Shown in pieces: positions 46,047 through 57,130 of a stretch of DNA of 64,000 nt. A model generated the notes under the pieces. The model saw only the letters and a program-made list of their open reading frames with translations. It did no database searches and had not been told where the DNA came from. The translations under genes and the position numbers were made by a program. Numbering within the stretch: position 1 is the stretch's first letter; every line of letters starts with the position of its first letter. The stretch comes from Candidatus Bathyarchaeota archaeon (GTDB taxonomy: Archaea; Thermoproteota; Bathyarchaeia; Bathyarchaeales; DTEX01), in contig CAVQNT010000006.1 in NCBI GenBank assembly GCA_963714275.1, forward strand, positions 320,001-384,000, in the 5' to 3' direction.

Positions 46047-46358
46047 ATGTTGATAACTGACCAAAGGCGACCAAGGACCATCTGGGGTGAACTTGAGGCT
46101 GGGTTAGGAACCGGACCCAGGTTCAGAGTGTTGCTGCATTTAGCGTTGCATCCGGAGGAATCCTTCACAAAATACGCATTAGTCAAAGCAACTGGGCTGA
46201 GGACTCCAGCTGTAACGGAGCAGATAGAAAGGCTTTCAGAGCTTGGGTGGATCAAAAGGCATGAGTTATTTCCAGCCAAGCATCAAATATGCCTAAACAA
46301 CATAGTTGCCAGACTCGTTCATGACCTTTTTTGCAGTTTTAGAGGTGTCAAAGCATAA
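46047..46358 (+). CDS. Winged-helix-like protein
   Basis: FTKYALVKATGL...LSELGWI. Confidence 0.55.
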   Translation: MLITDQRRPRTIWGELEAGLGTGPRFRVLLHLALHPEESFTKYALVKATGLRTPAVTEQIERLSELGWIKRHELFPAKHQICLNNIVARLVHDLFCSFRGVKA

Positions 46359-46373
46359 CAAGCCAGAAAGAAA

Positions 46374-46601
46374 ATGGAGGAAGTGTGTTTGAGGATTTAT
46401 CACCGTGTTTTGAAGCAGCAGTACCGTAAGAAAGGATTTTATGAGTATGAACTGGTCGCTGTGCCCATTCCAAAAAAGTATAATGAATTCATGAAGCCCT
46501 TTCTTGACAAGAACCTCGAAATATCCGTCCAAGTTCTCCCGCCCCCACAAGAAGGATTCATGATGGTTTTGAAGCCCAAAAAGAGCTCTAAACCCCCGTA
46601 A
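46374..46601 (+). CDS. Hypothetical protein (AbrB-like pattern)
   Basis: YEYELVAVPIPKK; intact ORF. Confidence 0.45.
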   Translation: MEEVCLRIYHRVLKQQYRKKGFYEYELVAVPIPKKYNEFMKPFLDKNLEISVQVLPPPQEGFMMVLKPKKSSKPP

Positions 46602-46606
46602 AAACG

Positions 46607-46768
46607 TTTCTACATGTAGAAAAATGCCCTTCTAAAACCAGAAAAAACCATGCCTTGCAAGCTGGAACAGCAACAGTTTAAACATAAAAATGATTAATCT
46701 CCTTATATAGCTGGAATTTTCTACATGTAGAAAAAGTTTGCCTTATAGTGTTTTTCTACGCGTAGAAA
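46607..46768. repeat. Three 16-bp perfect palindromes TTTCTAC(AT/GC)GTAGAAA
   Basis: Copies at 46607-46622, 46718-46733 and 46753-46768. Confidence 0.85.
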
Positions 46769-46894
46769 CGAATTCACCGCAGCTTGCACGAAAAATATGA
46801 TACATAAACCTGTGTAAAAAGCTCAAAAACCCCAAGCCAGAGAATTCCTCACTCAGGCAGCCTTGATGTCTTAAGACAGTCTGCTTAAGGGCTT

Positions 46895-47290
46895 GTGGGG
46901 GACATGACAGGAAATGGGAAACCACGACTATCCGTCTTCAAGGGTATAGAAGCAAGACTGAACAGAATTATCCTTCTTATTCTTGGCAGGGAATGTTGTT
47001 TGAACATCTGGCAAGTTTACAAGAGAGTAAGAGAAACCCGAGGTTTTCGGCACCTCAGATACCATGTTATTAACAGACGCATAAGGGATCTGGAGCAGGA
47101 AGGATTCATAGAAGTAACGATGGTAAAAGAGACACCGCAAGGACAAAAAGTAAAATATTATCAGCCAACCACGAAAACCTACCTTGCTTTCCTCCTGGAT
47201 GCCATTAACCTTGACCAACTCATACAATCAGCAAACAACACAGACATCATCACATTACTCGCAGCCCTATCAGCCACAGCAATGTCTTAG
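46895..47290 (+). CDS. Winged-helix regulator
   Basis: INRRIRDLEQEGFI...KYYQPT. Confidence 0.65.
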   Translation: MGDMTGNGKPRLSVFKGIEARLNRIILLILGRECCLNIWQVYKRVRETRGFRHLRYHVINRRIRDLEQEGFIEVTMVKETPQGQKVKYYQPTTKTYLAFLLDAINLDQLIQSANNTDIITLLAALSATAMS

Positions 47291-47421
47291 CGAGCTCAGC
47301 TATTGGATTAAATCGATTTTTCACAAGTTTTTTGGATTGAATCGAGTAAGGCATTATTAGTGAGCTAGCGATAATTTCTTATTTCTAACCAAACATACAA
47401 TTAATAGAGGAATGAATTATA

Positions 47422-48231
47422 ATGGTTAAATGTTCGAAGTGTGGGTTTGACATCTTCGCTAAGAGTGCAGCTTTCTGCGTTAATTGTGGGGCACCCATTG
47501 AAAGGAAGACGACTGATGCTGATGTATCGAAGCTTAGCGCGCTACCGAATAAGCAGGGAAAAAATGCAAAATCTAGGATTATTGAAGAGTTATCAAATAA
47601 TCTAATCTCCTATAACAAAGAAATTGCTGAAATTGAGAAGTTTTCTGGAGAGAGTCTGAAAATATTCGCAAAAAATATTGAAGGAGACAAGAAGGATCAA
47701 AAAGAGCTTAAGCAATTCCAGCCACAATGCAAAGATTATAAGGACCCAGAAGGATATGAGCGGGATTACAGGAAATACAAACTTATGATAGAAGAGTTCA
47801 TCAAAGATGCAGAAAAATTAGAGCAAGAATTGAAAACAGAAGTTAAAAAGGCTAATGTGTCCGCAGAGAATTATAAAAAACTTTACAACAATATCTCGGA
47901 TGATAAAAAATTACTAGATTGGGTAAAGAAGTTAGAGCCAACAAGCATACTTCAAGACCTAGAAGGGAACTATACTAATCTAGTGCAAGAAGCGAATAGG
48001 AAAAAGGAAAAACCTTGTGAACTCTGCGACGAAGCAAACAAATTGATGGAAGACTTAAAAAAATGTATAGAAGATTTTCAGCTATTGAGCAATGATACCC
48101 ATGAATGGCGCGAGGATACCCAAATGGTGGAGAAAAAAGGAATGATACCAGACACACCGAGAAGAGAGGAAGTAAGAACAGGCCGGTATAGATGTGAAAA
48201 CTGTGGTCAGGTTAGTTTCAAGCCAGATTGA
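47422..48231 (+). CDS. Zinc-ribbon coiled-coil protein
   Basis: N-terminal CSKC/CVNC, long coiled coil, CELC and C-terminal CENC; AT-rich. Confidence 0.65.
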   Translation: MVKCSKCGFDIFAKSAAFCVNCGAPIERKTTDADVSKLSALPNKQGKNAKSRIIEELSNNLISYNKEIAEIEKFSGESLKIFAKNIEGDKKDQKELKQFQPQCKDYKDPEGYERDYRKYKLMIEEFIKDAEKLEQELKTEVKKANVSAENYKKLYNNISDDKKLLDWVKKLEPTSILQDLEGNYTNLVQEANRKKEKPCELCDEANKLMEDLKKCIEDFQLLSNDTHEWREDTQMVEKKGMIPDTPRREEVRTGRYRCENCGQVSFKPD

Positions 48232-48718
48232 ATACCGTTAGATATTTTTAGGTCGCGCGCTAATCGATTGAGTTAATGTTTCATTTCCTTTTCTTAAGTC
48301 AGTGTAGAAGAAGAGAAACAAAAATCCATTTGAAGGGATATTTGAGGAAAAAGCCAATGTAACTAATCCTTAGACATTGGATTAGTATCTGTTTAAACCT
48401 AAGAATCTGTCTTGGAATCAGAACATTAAAACCCGATGTACACATCAAAAAAGCATTGGAAGAACTAGGACATGGAAAGAACGTCGAAGTATGTGAACTA
48501 ATTTCCGAGTTAATCGGGTATTCTCCTCTGGAATTGGATCAGATATTCTGGTAAACGTGCCTACTCTATGATGAAAACGTGAACGATGAAAACCTTCTTT
48601 TTCTTCGAAGGTTTCCAGAATGTAGTATATTATCAAATTGTAAATTTTCTGTGTTGGATGTTAATTTTCAATGTGGACTTTCATTGTTCTTCCTAATAGT
48701 AAAGTTGTAACTTGATAC

Positions 48719-48757
48719 TGTCCTTTGCAGACCCCGACAAAGGACAGTGTCCTTTGT
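48719..48757. promoter_or_regulatory. Palindromic operator upstream of the integrase unit
   Basis: ACAAAGGACA-G-TGTCCTTTGT (48737-48757) plus a third half-site TGTCCTTTG (48719-48727). Confidence 0.5.
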
Positions 48758-48811
48758 TGGCGCCAGAAATGTCTTATAGTTTTGTTTCAACAAACATTCA
48801 AGGTGACATAA

Positions 48812-49072
48812 TTGGTCAGTTTAGTGGAGTCATGGGAAGACCTAGAAGAATACGCAAAGTGGTGCAGAACCGGCGCCTACCAGACACGGGAAACCGTTGA
48901 AGGCATCGAGCTTCGGGTCTTCACTGGCAGGTTTGGCTTTGTAAAATGTTTCAGGGAAACACAGGATCCCCTGTTCAATCACATCCTGGAGTTCTGCAAA
49001 ACGGAAGGCTTCATAAAAGTCCTGGGCAACGTGCCAGACGACCTCTTCTTTTCGGTGCACAGAGAATCTTAA
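48812..49072 (+). CDS. Conserved hypothetical protein upstream of the integrase
   Basis: AGGTGA RBS; intact 86-aa ORF. Confidence 0.55.
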   Translation: MVSLVESWEDLEEYAKWCRTGAYQTRETVEGIELRVFTGRFGFVKCFRETQDPLFNHILEFCKTEGFIKVLGNVPDDLFFSVHRES

Positions 49073-49087
49073 GTCTTTCAGTAATGA

Positions 49088-50308
49088 ATGGGCAGGGGAG
49101 TGGCTGGCTTCCACAGCTCCGTCAACGCATTCTTTTCACCAAAGCAGGTTCAAACCCCAGATGGGAAGTCCGACATGCATAGCGTCGGCCTGCACCAGCC
49201 CCCCATATGCCCAGAATGTGGCTCATCCAAAGCCTGGAAAGATGGGTTTAGACATGCAGATCAAGGTCTAGTGCAAAGATGGCTCTGCAGAAGCTGCGGA
49301 AAAAGGTTTAGCCAATCAAGCCTAACCAATAAAAAGGAGGACCAGCACACTTTAATGTACCAAGTATGCGTTGCTGACGGAGCTACGAAAAACTTGGACA
49401 CAGTAGAAACCCGAGAAGATGAGGCTAAGCGGGAAGCCACACCAACTTTAGAATTTGCATGGAAACAAAAGAAACGTGGATTATCTGATTCGACTATAAT
49501 GACAAGAACATATAGACTTAAAGTGTTAATGCAAAAAGGAGCAGACCTTTACAATCCTGATAGTGTAGAAACAGTTTTAGCGACGAGCTCATGGACACAA
49601 GCAAATAAACAATTCTTCATCATGGCTTATCATTCGTTCTGTAAAACTATGAACATATCTTGGATACCTGTTAAAGTCAAATATGAACCGAAACAGCCAT
49701 TCATACCTTTAGAAACAGAGATAGATCAATTAATAGCAGGTTGCGGAAAGAGAACAGCCACATTCTTACAAACATTGAAAGAAACAGGTGCAAGAAGCGG
49801 AGAGGTCGCTAAGCTCAAGTGGACTGACGTAAACGAAAAAAACAACACCATAGCCATAAACGATCCAGAGAAAAACAGTAACTCCAGAACCCTAAAAGTT
49901 TCAAGTAAATTAATAGCCATGTTAAACGCCATGCCAAAAAGCAGTATCTTCGTATTCTGCACACACGTAAGATCAATTTACGGCGCATTCTCAAGACAGA
50001 GAAATAAACTGTCAAGAACCCTTCAGAATCCAAGAATCAAGCAAATACACTTTCATACCTTAAGGCATTGGAAAGCCACAATGGAATACCACAGAACCCG
50101 AGACATACTTTACGTGAAACATCTATTAGGACATAAACGATTAGAGAACACAGAAGGTTATACACACTTAATAGACTTTGAATCTGATGAATATTGCGTA
50201 TCACACGCTAAAACCTTAAAAGAAGAAAATACACTCTTAGAAACAGGCTTTGAGTTTATACGATATTCTCAAGAGGATAAAGTAGCCATATACCGAAAGA
50301 GAAAGTAG
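49088..50308 (+). CDS. int: Tyrosine recombinase/integrase with N-terminal zinc ribbon
   Basis: CPECG...WLCRSCG; catalytic TGAR, K, HTLRH, LGH and Y residues. Confidence 0.92.
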   Translation: MGRGVAGFHSSVNAFFSPKQVQTPDGKSDMHSVGLHQPPICPECGSSKAWKDGFRHADQGLVQRWLCRSCGKRFSQSSLTNKKEDQHTLMYQVCVADGATKNLDTVETREDEAKREATPTLEFAWKQKKRGLSDSTIMTRTYRLKVLMQKGADLYNPDSVETVLATSSWTQANKQFFIMAYHSFCKTMNISWIPVKVKYEPKQPFIPLETEIDQLIAGCGKRTATFLQTLKETGARSGEVAKLKWTDVNEKNNTIAINDPEKNSNSRTLKVSSKLIAMLNAMPKSSIFVFCTHVRSIYGAFSRQRNKLSRTLQNPRIKQIHFHTLRHWKATMEYHRTRDILYVKHLLGHKRLENTEGYTHLIDFESDEYCVSHAKTLKEENTLLETGFEFIRYSQEDKVAIYRKRK

Positions 50309-50367
50309 GAAAAGACGTGTTGATAACGAAAAAAGCATGCTACAAGAGCATTCATGCGTGATGAGAC

Positions 50368-51526
50368 ATGGCGTTGATTGATTTACGAAGCCAAAAAGTG
50401 GCAAAAACCAAGGATGAAATGATTAAACATCTGAAAAGTTTCCGTCTGGAACCCCGTTTCTCAGCAGGAGTGTGGTTCTTTTTTCCGGGAGGAAGCAGGT
50501 TCCACGAAGCATTCATAGAGAAAGGCTCAATCCAAGACATACTAGATAAAGTTGCAGCTCTCTACGACCGTGGCGTGGTTGATTCCAGCTTTGGTCTGGA
50601 AGCCCATTTCCCAAACGAAGTAAACGATGAGCTCATTGACAAGTACAAGAGTCTCCAGAAAGAAACGGGCATAAAGCTCGATTACCATAGTTCCCAACCT
50701 TTTCTATGAGAAGACGTTTGAGTTTGGTTCCCTCTCCAACCCGAACCCGAAGGTCAGAAGGAAAGCCATCGACAGAACCATCAAGTCTCTTGAACTCAAC
50801 AAAGAACTGAATACAGAATTCAGTATTGTTTGGCCTGGCGGGGATGGCTATGAAAATCCAGCGGGAACCGAGTTCTACCTCATGTGGGACAACTTCGAAA
50901 AAGGATTAGCGGAAGCCATGGACGCCGTTCCTGGTGTAAGGGTCGCCATTGAACCTAAGCCCTACGAACCCAGAGGAAACAACATCTACCGAAACACGGC
51001 GAACGGAATCCTCATGACCAGAAACGTCGAAGCCCTATTTTCATCCAAGGAAAATAAAAGATTACTCAGTGAAGGTCATGCATTAGTTGGATTGAATCCG
51101 GAAGTCGGTCACGTCCTGATGGGGCACGAGGAACTGGCGTATTCCTTCGCGTCCATCCTCCGGGAAGGCAGACTAGCCCACACGCACTGGAACAGCCAGC
51201 CTTTAGGCAATTACGATCAGGACTTAAACGTCGGAGTCTTAGGGCTTGACCAAATGTTTGCCACGTTGTTTGTCCTGAGAATGTACGGGTATAGGTGCAG
51301 GTTTGGAATAGACATCAATCCGGAAAGGATGCCTGTGGAAAAGGCTTTGGTCCTGAACATCAATGCGCTTAGAGCTGCCTGCGACCGTGTGAACGAGGTG
51401 GACTGCGACAGACTCGTTGAAGCCATGCATAGTCCTGAACAGAACAGAGGCGTAGTTGAAGACGTGATGACGAGAGCCCTAGCTCCGCAGTCGACGCGCC
51501 TCATTAACCTCGACAATGTAGACTAG
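50368..51526 (+). CDS. Xylose isomerase-like TIM-barrel sugar isomerase (frameshift near 50680)
   Basis: WPG.DG, IEPKPYEPR, GLNPEVGH, YDQDL. Confidence 0.85.
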
Positions 51527-52494
51527 CTAAGACTTTTTCTGCAACCTGAAAATCATTCTTTGCTTCATCCACGGAGCCAACTCCGACCATGCAGGCGTCC
51601 ACTTCGACTTTTTTGAAAACGTAGGTTAGTGCTTCCTCAGGCGGGATTCTGCCCCCAGCAAACGGTTTGATGGCGACTACGAGTTTTCCCTGTTTTTTCG
51701 CATCTTTAATGGACGTTTCCGCTATTTTCTGCGTTGGAAACATCATGGCGCCAAGTTTGTTAACTGGCGTAATGAATCCATCATACCCCTTAACGAATCT
51801 TTTAGAGATTAATTGATGGGACGCTCCAATATGGTGTGAACCTAATAAGACGTGATGTCCCGTTTGACTGGTCTTATCAAGGAGCTCCTCAAGTAAGTCT
51901 ATCCGCGAGATTGCTAGGAAATCGGTTCCTGAGCCGGGTTCAATCCAGCCTACATTGTAGTCATTGAATTCATTAATCGATGCTTCCCAAACTTTCCAGT
52001 TGACCTTCAAATCATTTACGAGCTTATCGTGTTTATACGATTTTGCTGAATTGAGTCCTTCCTTCCATCCTTGTCGGTAGTTCAGGATTGGGTCTTCGAG
52101 GTATCTTTGCGTAATTATATTTCCGTATTGCCTAGCCTCATGTTCCAAATGGGTTTTCCATCTTCGGTAGTCGTCTACTCTTTTTCCTTTGAACCTGAAC
52201 GGCACGTCGATGCATGGTATGAGCCAAATCTGCTTTTCGTCCTCAGCCTCGATTTCTTTTACTGCGTCAAGGTAGTTTGGGGCAAGAGGGTTGAAGGTTC
52301 GGCTTGAGGCAGCAAAGAACTTCACGTCGTGGTTCAGGGCGGTTCTGATGACTTTCTTCGTTTCAGCCTTGTTTCGGAATCTTTCATTGTATTCGCTGTC
52401 TTTAGTTGTGCCTTGGTAGCCTGACTCCAAGCATAGGAAGGTTGCCTAGAATTATCCTGTGCTTCCTCAGAATTTCGGTGGATGCTAAGGTCAT
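51504..52494 (-). CDS. Aldo/keto-reductase-like TIM-barrel protein
   Basis: PVNKLG, VAIKPFAGGRI and MVGVGSVDE; start reconstructed. Confidence 0.6.
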
Positions 52495-52589
52495 GTTTCT
52501 TCAACCTGTTAGCTTATGGTTCTTTAGGCGTTCGTAACAACATCTATGTATAACGTAAAATGTAGGAAGACGTTTTTTTTATGCCAGCC

Positions 52590-52904
52590 TTATTTGTTGT
52601 TTGCTTGTTTGGGGAGAACCTTGAAGTGCGGTTGAAGCCTGTCGGAGCTCAGCAACGCGTTCATGGAAAAGTAGGTGTCAGAGAACTTTTGTTTAACCAT
52701 TTCTTCGAGGTCCTGCGCGGAATAGATTTTTCCGACTTCCAGCTTCAGCTGCTCATCGATCATCGCGTCCACGATGCTGGTTTGTTCGATCACGGTGCCG
52801 CAGTCGCCGCAGAAGGTTGCCTCAGTGTCTCTCAGGATGGTCCCTGAACCGCATTTAGGGCATTTTATGCCTTTAACTTGAAAAAGGTCTTTTTCGACCA
52901 TCAC
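52590..52904 (-). CDS. Zinc-ribbon protein (TFIIB-type ribbon)
   Basis: CPKCGS...FCGDCGTVI. Confidence 0.6.
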   Translation of the reverse strand: MMVEKDLFQVKGIKCPKCGSGTILRDTEATFCGDCGTVIEQTSIVDAMIDEQLKLEVGKIYSAQDLEEMVKQKFSDTYFSMNALLSSDRLQPHFKVLPKQANNK

Positions 52905-53064
52905 CGCCCACGAATATAGAATGTGCAGACAAGATTAATACAACTTTCTATCATTGTTGAGAAAGTGATGTTAGAGTTATATGAGTGCCCTCTAGAAATG
53001 ACTAATATAATTGAAGATGTTTATTGCAGTAAACCAAGACAAAAATGGAAGGAGAAAACAAGCA

Positions 53065-53938
53065 GTGAAGAAAGTTAAGTATGAAGAAATGTTTCCACAC
53101 GAAATTGAGGAAATAATGCATGAAACACCCATCGCCTACCTCGCTTTAGGAACCTTGGAATGGCATGGACCGCATCTCGCACTGGGAAATGACGCCGTCA
53201 AAGCCTACGAGTCTGTGCCTACGCATAGCCACGAAAACGGGTGGCATCGTTGTGCCGCCTACGTTCTGGGCGATTGGCGGAATGCCCCAGCCGTGGACGA
53301 CAAGGTTTACTGAAGAATTGATTGGACAGCTATTTTACGGAATTTTTGAACAACTGTCACATGTCGGCTTCAAAGTAATCGTTGCTGTAACTGGGCATTA
53401 TGGGCATGAACAAGTGCTGACACTAAAGCAGGAAGCCCTCAAGTTCATGTTGAGAAACAACACAGTGATTTTTCCCATAGCTGAATACGAAGTCACGACG
53501 GACAAGGGCTACCGTGGGGACCACGCCGCGAGATGGGAGACCTCTATTTTGTGGTATCTTCGCCCAGAACTTGTTGACATAAACCGACTACCCAAGACCG
53601 AAAAGATCCTGAACGTTTACGACCACGGAATAATGGGGGAAGACCCGAGAGCCAACGCGTCGCAGGAACTGGGAAAAGATATAGTCACCATAATAGTTAA
53701 TCGCCTTGCTGAAACGTCGTTGCAGCTGTTAAAAAATACCTCGCAGTTCCAGCGTTCAATGTACATTACAGCCCTCTCTAGGCAAGTGCAAATATTGAAC
53801 AAGAACATTCTAGCGAAGTTAAGGAAGGAGGGAGACGAAGCGAAGCTTGAAACTTATTATCAGTTCCTTGACCTCGTCTGGAAAGGAAACTATATTGAAG
53901 CAATAAAGACAGCAGATATTCTACTTGCAGAAGAGTAG
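53065..53938 (+). CDS. Creatininase family amidohydrolase (frameshifted)
   Basis: GTLEWHGPHL, TGHYG, DHAARWETS. Confidence 0.88.
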
Positions 53939-53959
53939 AAATGCCCAAAATTAAAAGAA

Positions 53960-54931
53960 TTAACGATACGGGTATCTTCCGTATTTTTGCCCCGTTTTCG
54001 ACAAGGTTACCGCGTTGACGGGCGGGACTCCCTTGTAGATGCAGTTGCTTGTGGTCAGAAAGTATCCTCCTCCGGGAGATGCATCTCTTATGCATTGTTT
54101 TGCTTCTTCCGCGACCTGTTCAGGTGTCCCGTAAGCCATCGTCGTGGCTGCGTCCACATTTCCGCAGAGAGCCAACTTGTCGCCATAATGTTGTTTAACC
54201 TCAGCCAGCTTCATGCCTGCGCTCGGGTCCACGCTGTGCAGCGCGTCTATTCCGGTTGCCACAAGGTCGTTGATGATGGACCAGATGTAGCCGTCCGTGT
54301 GCTTCACAAAGTAGATGCCTTTACTGTGAGCAGCCTCAACCATCTGCCTAAGGTACGGAAAAACCAAGTCGCGGTAAACCCACAAGGAATAGAAGGGACC
54401 CTCCTTAAGGCAGTAGTCTGTGCAGTCGAACACGAGCTCAACCCCAGCGTCCGCCTGCTCCTTAATGTTTTCGACTGACACTTTGATCATCTCGTCCATC
54501 ATCTTCCTTAACTCGGTGGATTTCGAATAAATTTGGTGCACGAGGCTAGCCATGTTTTTGCCATCTGGAATGCCAATGGTTCCCGAGGCTGACCCAGCGA
54601 TCATGTGGTCAGGCGCGATTTTCCTGAGAATTTTAACCGCCTTGATTGGATCTGGAACGAACCCGACTCTTATGATGTCATAGCCCATTTTTTTGCAGGT
54701 TTCAGCCAAAACGTGCGCGTTGTGTTCTGTGATATCTAAGCCTTTTCCCCGTTCGGTCATTTCTGCGTCTTGTTTAAGGAAGTCTTTGAAAACCGTTTTT
54801 GTCCATTCGTCCGGTTCCGAGCTGATGGCGTAGCCTTCGCCGATTATTTCCTCGGGATACTGGAACTCGAGCTCAAACATCGGCACACGGTCAGGCTCTT
54901 CGAGACTCCAAGGCGCAAATTGCCCTTTCAC
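53960..54931 (-). CDS. Uroporphyrinogen decarboxylase / MtaA-CmuA family protein
   Basis: EPDRVP, HTDG, LCGNVD, GGGYFLTTSNC. Confidence 0.85.
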   Translation of the reverse strand: MKGQFAPWSLEEPDRVPMFELEFQYPEEIIGEGYAISSEPDEWTKTVFKDFLKQDAEMTERGKGLDITEHNAHVLAETCKKMGYDIIRVGFVPDPIKAVKILRKIAPDHMIAGSASGTIGIPDGKNMASLVHQIYSKSTELRKMMDEMIKVSVENIKEQADAGVELVFDCTDYCLKEGPFYSLWVYRDLVFPYLRQMVEAAHSKGIYFVKHTDGYIWSIINDLVATGIDALHSVDPSAGMKLAEVKQHYGDKLALCGNVDAATTMAYGTPEQVAEEAKQCIRDASPGGGYFLTTSNCIYKGVPPVNAVTLSKTGQKYGRYPYR

Positions 54932-55071
54932 GCGACTTCATCCAAGACCCTCAAATGTTGAAGACCCAATAATTGAACTCCGACTATTTTAGTGTTAAGC
55001 CATCCAATCAACTATATTGTTAGCTGAAATCCAAAAAAAAGTTTTCTGGGTTCATGACTATATCTTAAACC

Positions 55072-56137
55072 TTAACTGAAAAATCCCTTCAAAATCCTTA
55101 GAGCATTCAATGTGATCCATTTACTTTGTTTACCTCTTTGTTCGAGGTTCGTGCCGAAGTTTTTGTAAAAAGTTCCTTGAGGAGAAGGAAGGCTTTCCTG
55201 TTTCCACCTGCCGTTTTCGTCCTGCTTAGAAATCACTAAATCTATGGCTTCCTGCATACGTTCATCTCTGTAGCCAAGTTCGGTCAATACCAATAGAACC
55301 TCCAACGCATCCGTCTGCCATAAGAGGGGAAAGCCGAATTTCAGCCAGCTTAGGATTAGATATACGACTTAGATCGTGGCTTCTTTTGTGGACGTGATGC
55401 TTGAGCAGGTATTCCGCCCCTTTCTTTATGGTTTTTTTCATGTCCTTGGACCTTTTATTTGGGGGAATTTCTGCCAACGCCTTCAATGCTTTAACTACGC
55501 CCATGTGGCATGTATGTATGGAATGCATCCGAGTGTATCCCCAGCAATGTGGGTGACCTTGCCTGTCGTAAGGCCAACCCTTAAGCTCCTCGTCGATTCC
55601 GTCGTCGAACCGTTGATACGCAACGATCCATTCGATTCCACGTTGAACTCTAGGATCTCCCAAATAACCGAATCTGATTAAGCTCCAAACCATGTTGCCT
55701 GTTAAGCAGGGCAACACTCCATCATGTGATCCACCACCTGTTTTAGACTTAGATTCAGAAAAACCGCCACTTTCTCTGTCTTGAGAATTTTCGAGAATAA
55801 ATTCGCAGGCTTTTCTGATGCGTTCGTCCTTTCCTTCCGCTCCCAATTCTGCAAGAACAATGAGCTGCCAAATTGTCCCCCTGTACTTGGCTGTGTAGAA
55901 GTTTTCAGGAGTTTCCCAATGACTGTCGTTCCGTTGCTTAGCCAAAATTTTGGGCACAACACCTGTTAACATGATTTCCCGTTTTGCTTCTGTTACTTCA
56001 GGATCGTTCTCAGGCTTTTCTAGAATGTTGGTTAAAGCGAAATAACGCACGGACGGATTGTCTCTTTCTAGCAGCCACCCCGTTGAATCTCCCTTCAACG
56101 CAGACCTCCATTCGCCCATGTTTTTTGGCACATCCAA
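55072..56137 (-). CDS. Prenyltransferase/squalene-cyclase-repeat protein (frameshifted)
   Basis: WLLE..NPSVRY, QRFDDG, KQDENGRW, SKWITLNAL. Confidence 0.8.
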
Positions 56138-56400
56138 GCCTTAGACCACGACAAATAAATGGACACTATTAAATATAGAATAAATAGTTATACACGATTT
56201 CTCGCCGAGAAAATTTTTTTTTCAATCATTTGACAAGAACTGTAATCTTGAGGATACCATAAACGTTTCAGAAAAGAATTTTGTTCAAGATTTTTGATTT
56301 TTTTGATGAACTAGATTTCGTTTTTTATATCTAGAGTGCTTAAGATTCAGGATTAGTTTGGTATGAAACCAATGCATAATGAGAATAGCAATTGCATCTA

Positions 56401-56583
56401 TTATTTTATTTGAACAACATTTTTGATGCCTTCAAAGTGGGGGTCTCCTGTCAGGATTTTTGACTCAGTAATTTTTGACACAGCTGATACGTAAGCGTAC
56501 GACAGTCCGAAATCCTTCTTGGTCTTCCCCACATTAGCATGTAATGTACCTGCATCCCCTGAGACTTCGATGTCAATATCCAC
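56401..56583 (-). pseudogene. PIN/VapC toxin C-terminal remnant
   Basis: FGLS.AY......KILTGDPHF; N-terminus missing. Confidence 0.55.
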
Positions 56584-56669
56584 GATAACCGAGTTGCCTG
56601 TTTGAATATTATAGGCTGTTTCAGCGTTCCGCCCTTCTCGAATGGTCTAGCTCGACTGCTGGCTAGCAA

Positions 56670-56969
56670 ATGATCCTAAAAAAACAGGTTGAGCTAACGG
56701 TGGGCGATTTGTCAATCGCGAAAGAAAGACAACGCCATAGAGACCTCGAATGGATCAAGAAGCCAATTAACAATGATTCAGACGTCACTATCGGAGACCT
56801 CTCTATCGCACAAAAAGATAACAGGGGCTTAGACGAGTCTCACGAGGATCCAAAAGCAAGCGACATAAAACCGTGTACGTCGGAATCTCAGAGACTTCAA
56901 TGGGAACTTAATAAAGATTGGCGAGAGAAGCAACAAAAAGTTCAAGGGATAAAAGTCGGCAACAGATAG
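56670..56969 (+). CDS. Orphan protein with two (L/V)T(V/I)GDLSI motifs
   Basis: LTVGDLSIA at 56694 and VTIGDLSIA at 56784. Confidence 0.55.
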   Translation: MILKKQVELTVGDLSIAKERQRHRDLEWIKKPINNDSDVTIGDLSIAQKDNRGLDESHEDPKASDIKPCTSESQRLQWELNKDWREKQQKVQGIKVGNR

Positions 56970-57130
56970 ACCCTTGAAATCCTGATTAACGAAGACTCTC
57001 TTATCCGCTAAATACCTTAGAGGCGAACGACAGACTTGGATTCTTAGAATAGTAGAGCCTTTTGCTAGTGTTAGAAATAAACTAATAAATCATAATATAT
57101 AGTCAATTCAAATTTATAATAGGGAAGATT

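Larger units (their letters stand above)
1..50308. mobile_element. Integrated tailed provirus / composite island (left end outside window; right end tentatively at the integrase)
   Basis: Co-oriented portal, protease, scaffold, capsid, neck, tail tube, chaperone, tape measure, tail-tip and terminase genes. A tyrosine integrase at 49.2-50.3 kb is followed directly by host metabolic genes. No att repeat was identified, so the boundaries are inferred. Confidence 0.75.

Noticed and set aside
46607-46768. CRISPR mini-array
   Set aside because: Repeats are only 16 bp with very unequal spacing (95 and 19 nt), and no cas genes are present.
49088-50367. att site or tRNA next to the integrase
   Set aside because: No tRNA fragment or direct repeat was recognised by eye; the partner site would probably lie outside the window.
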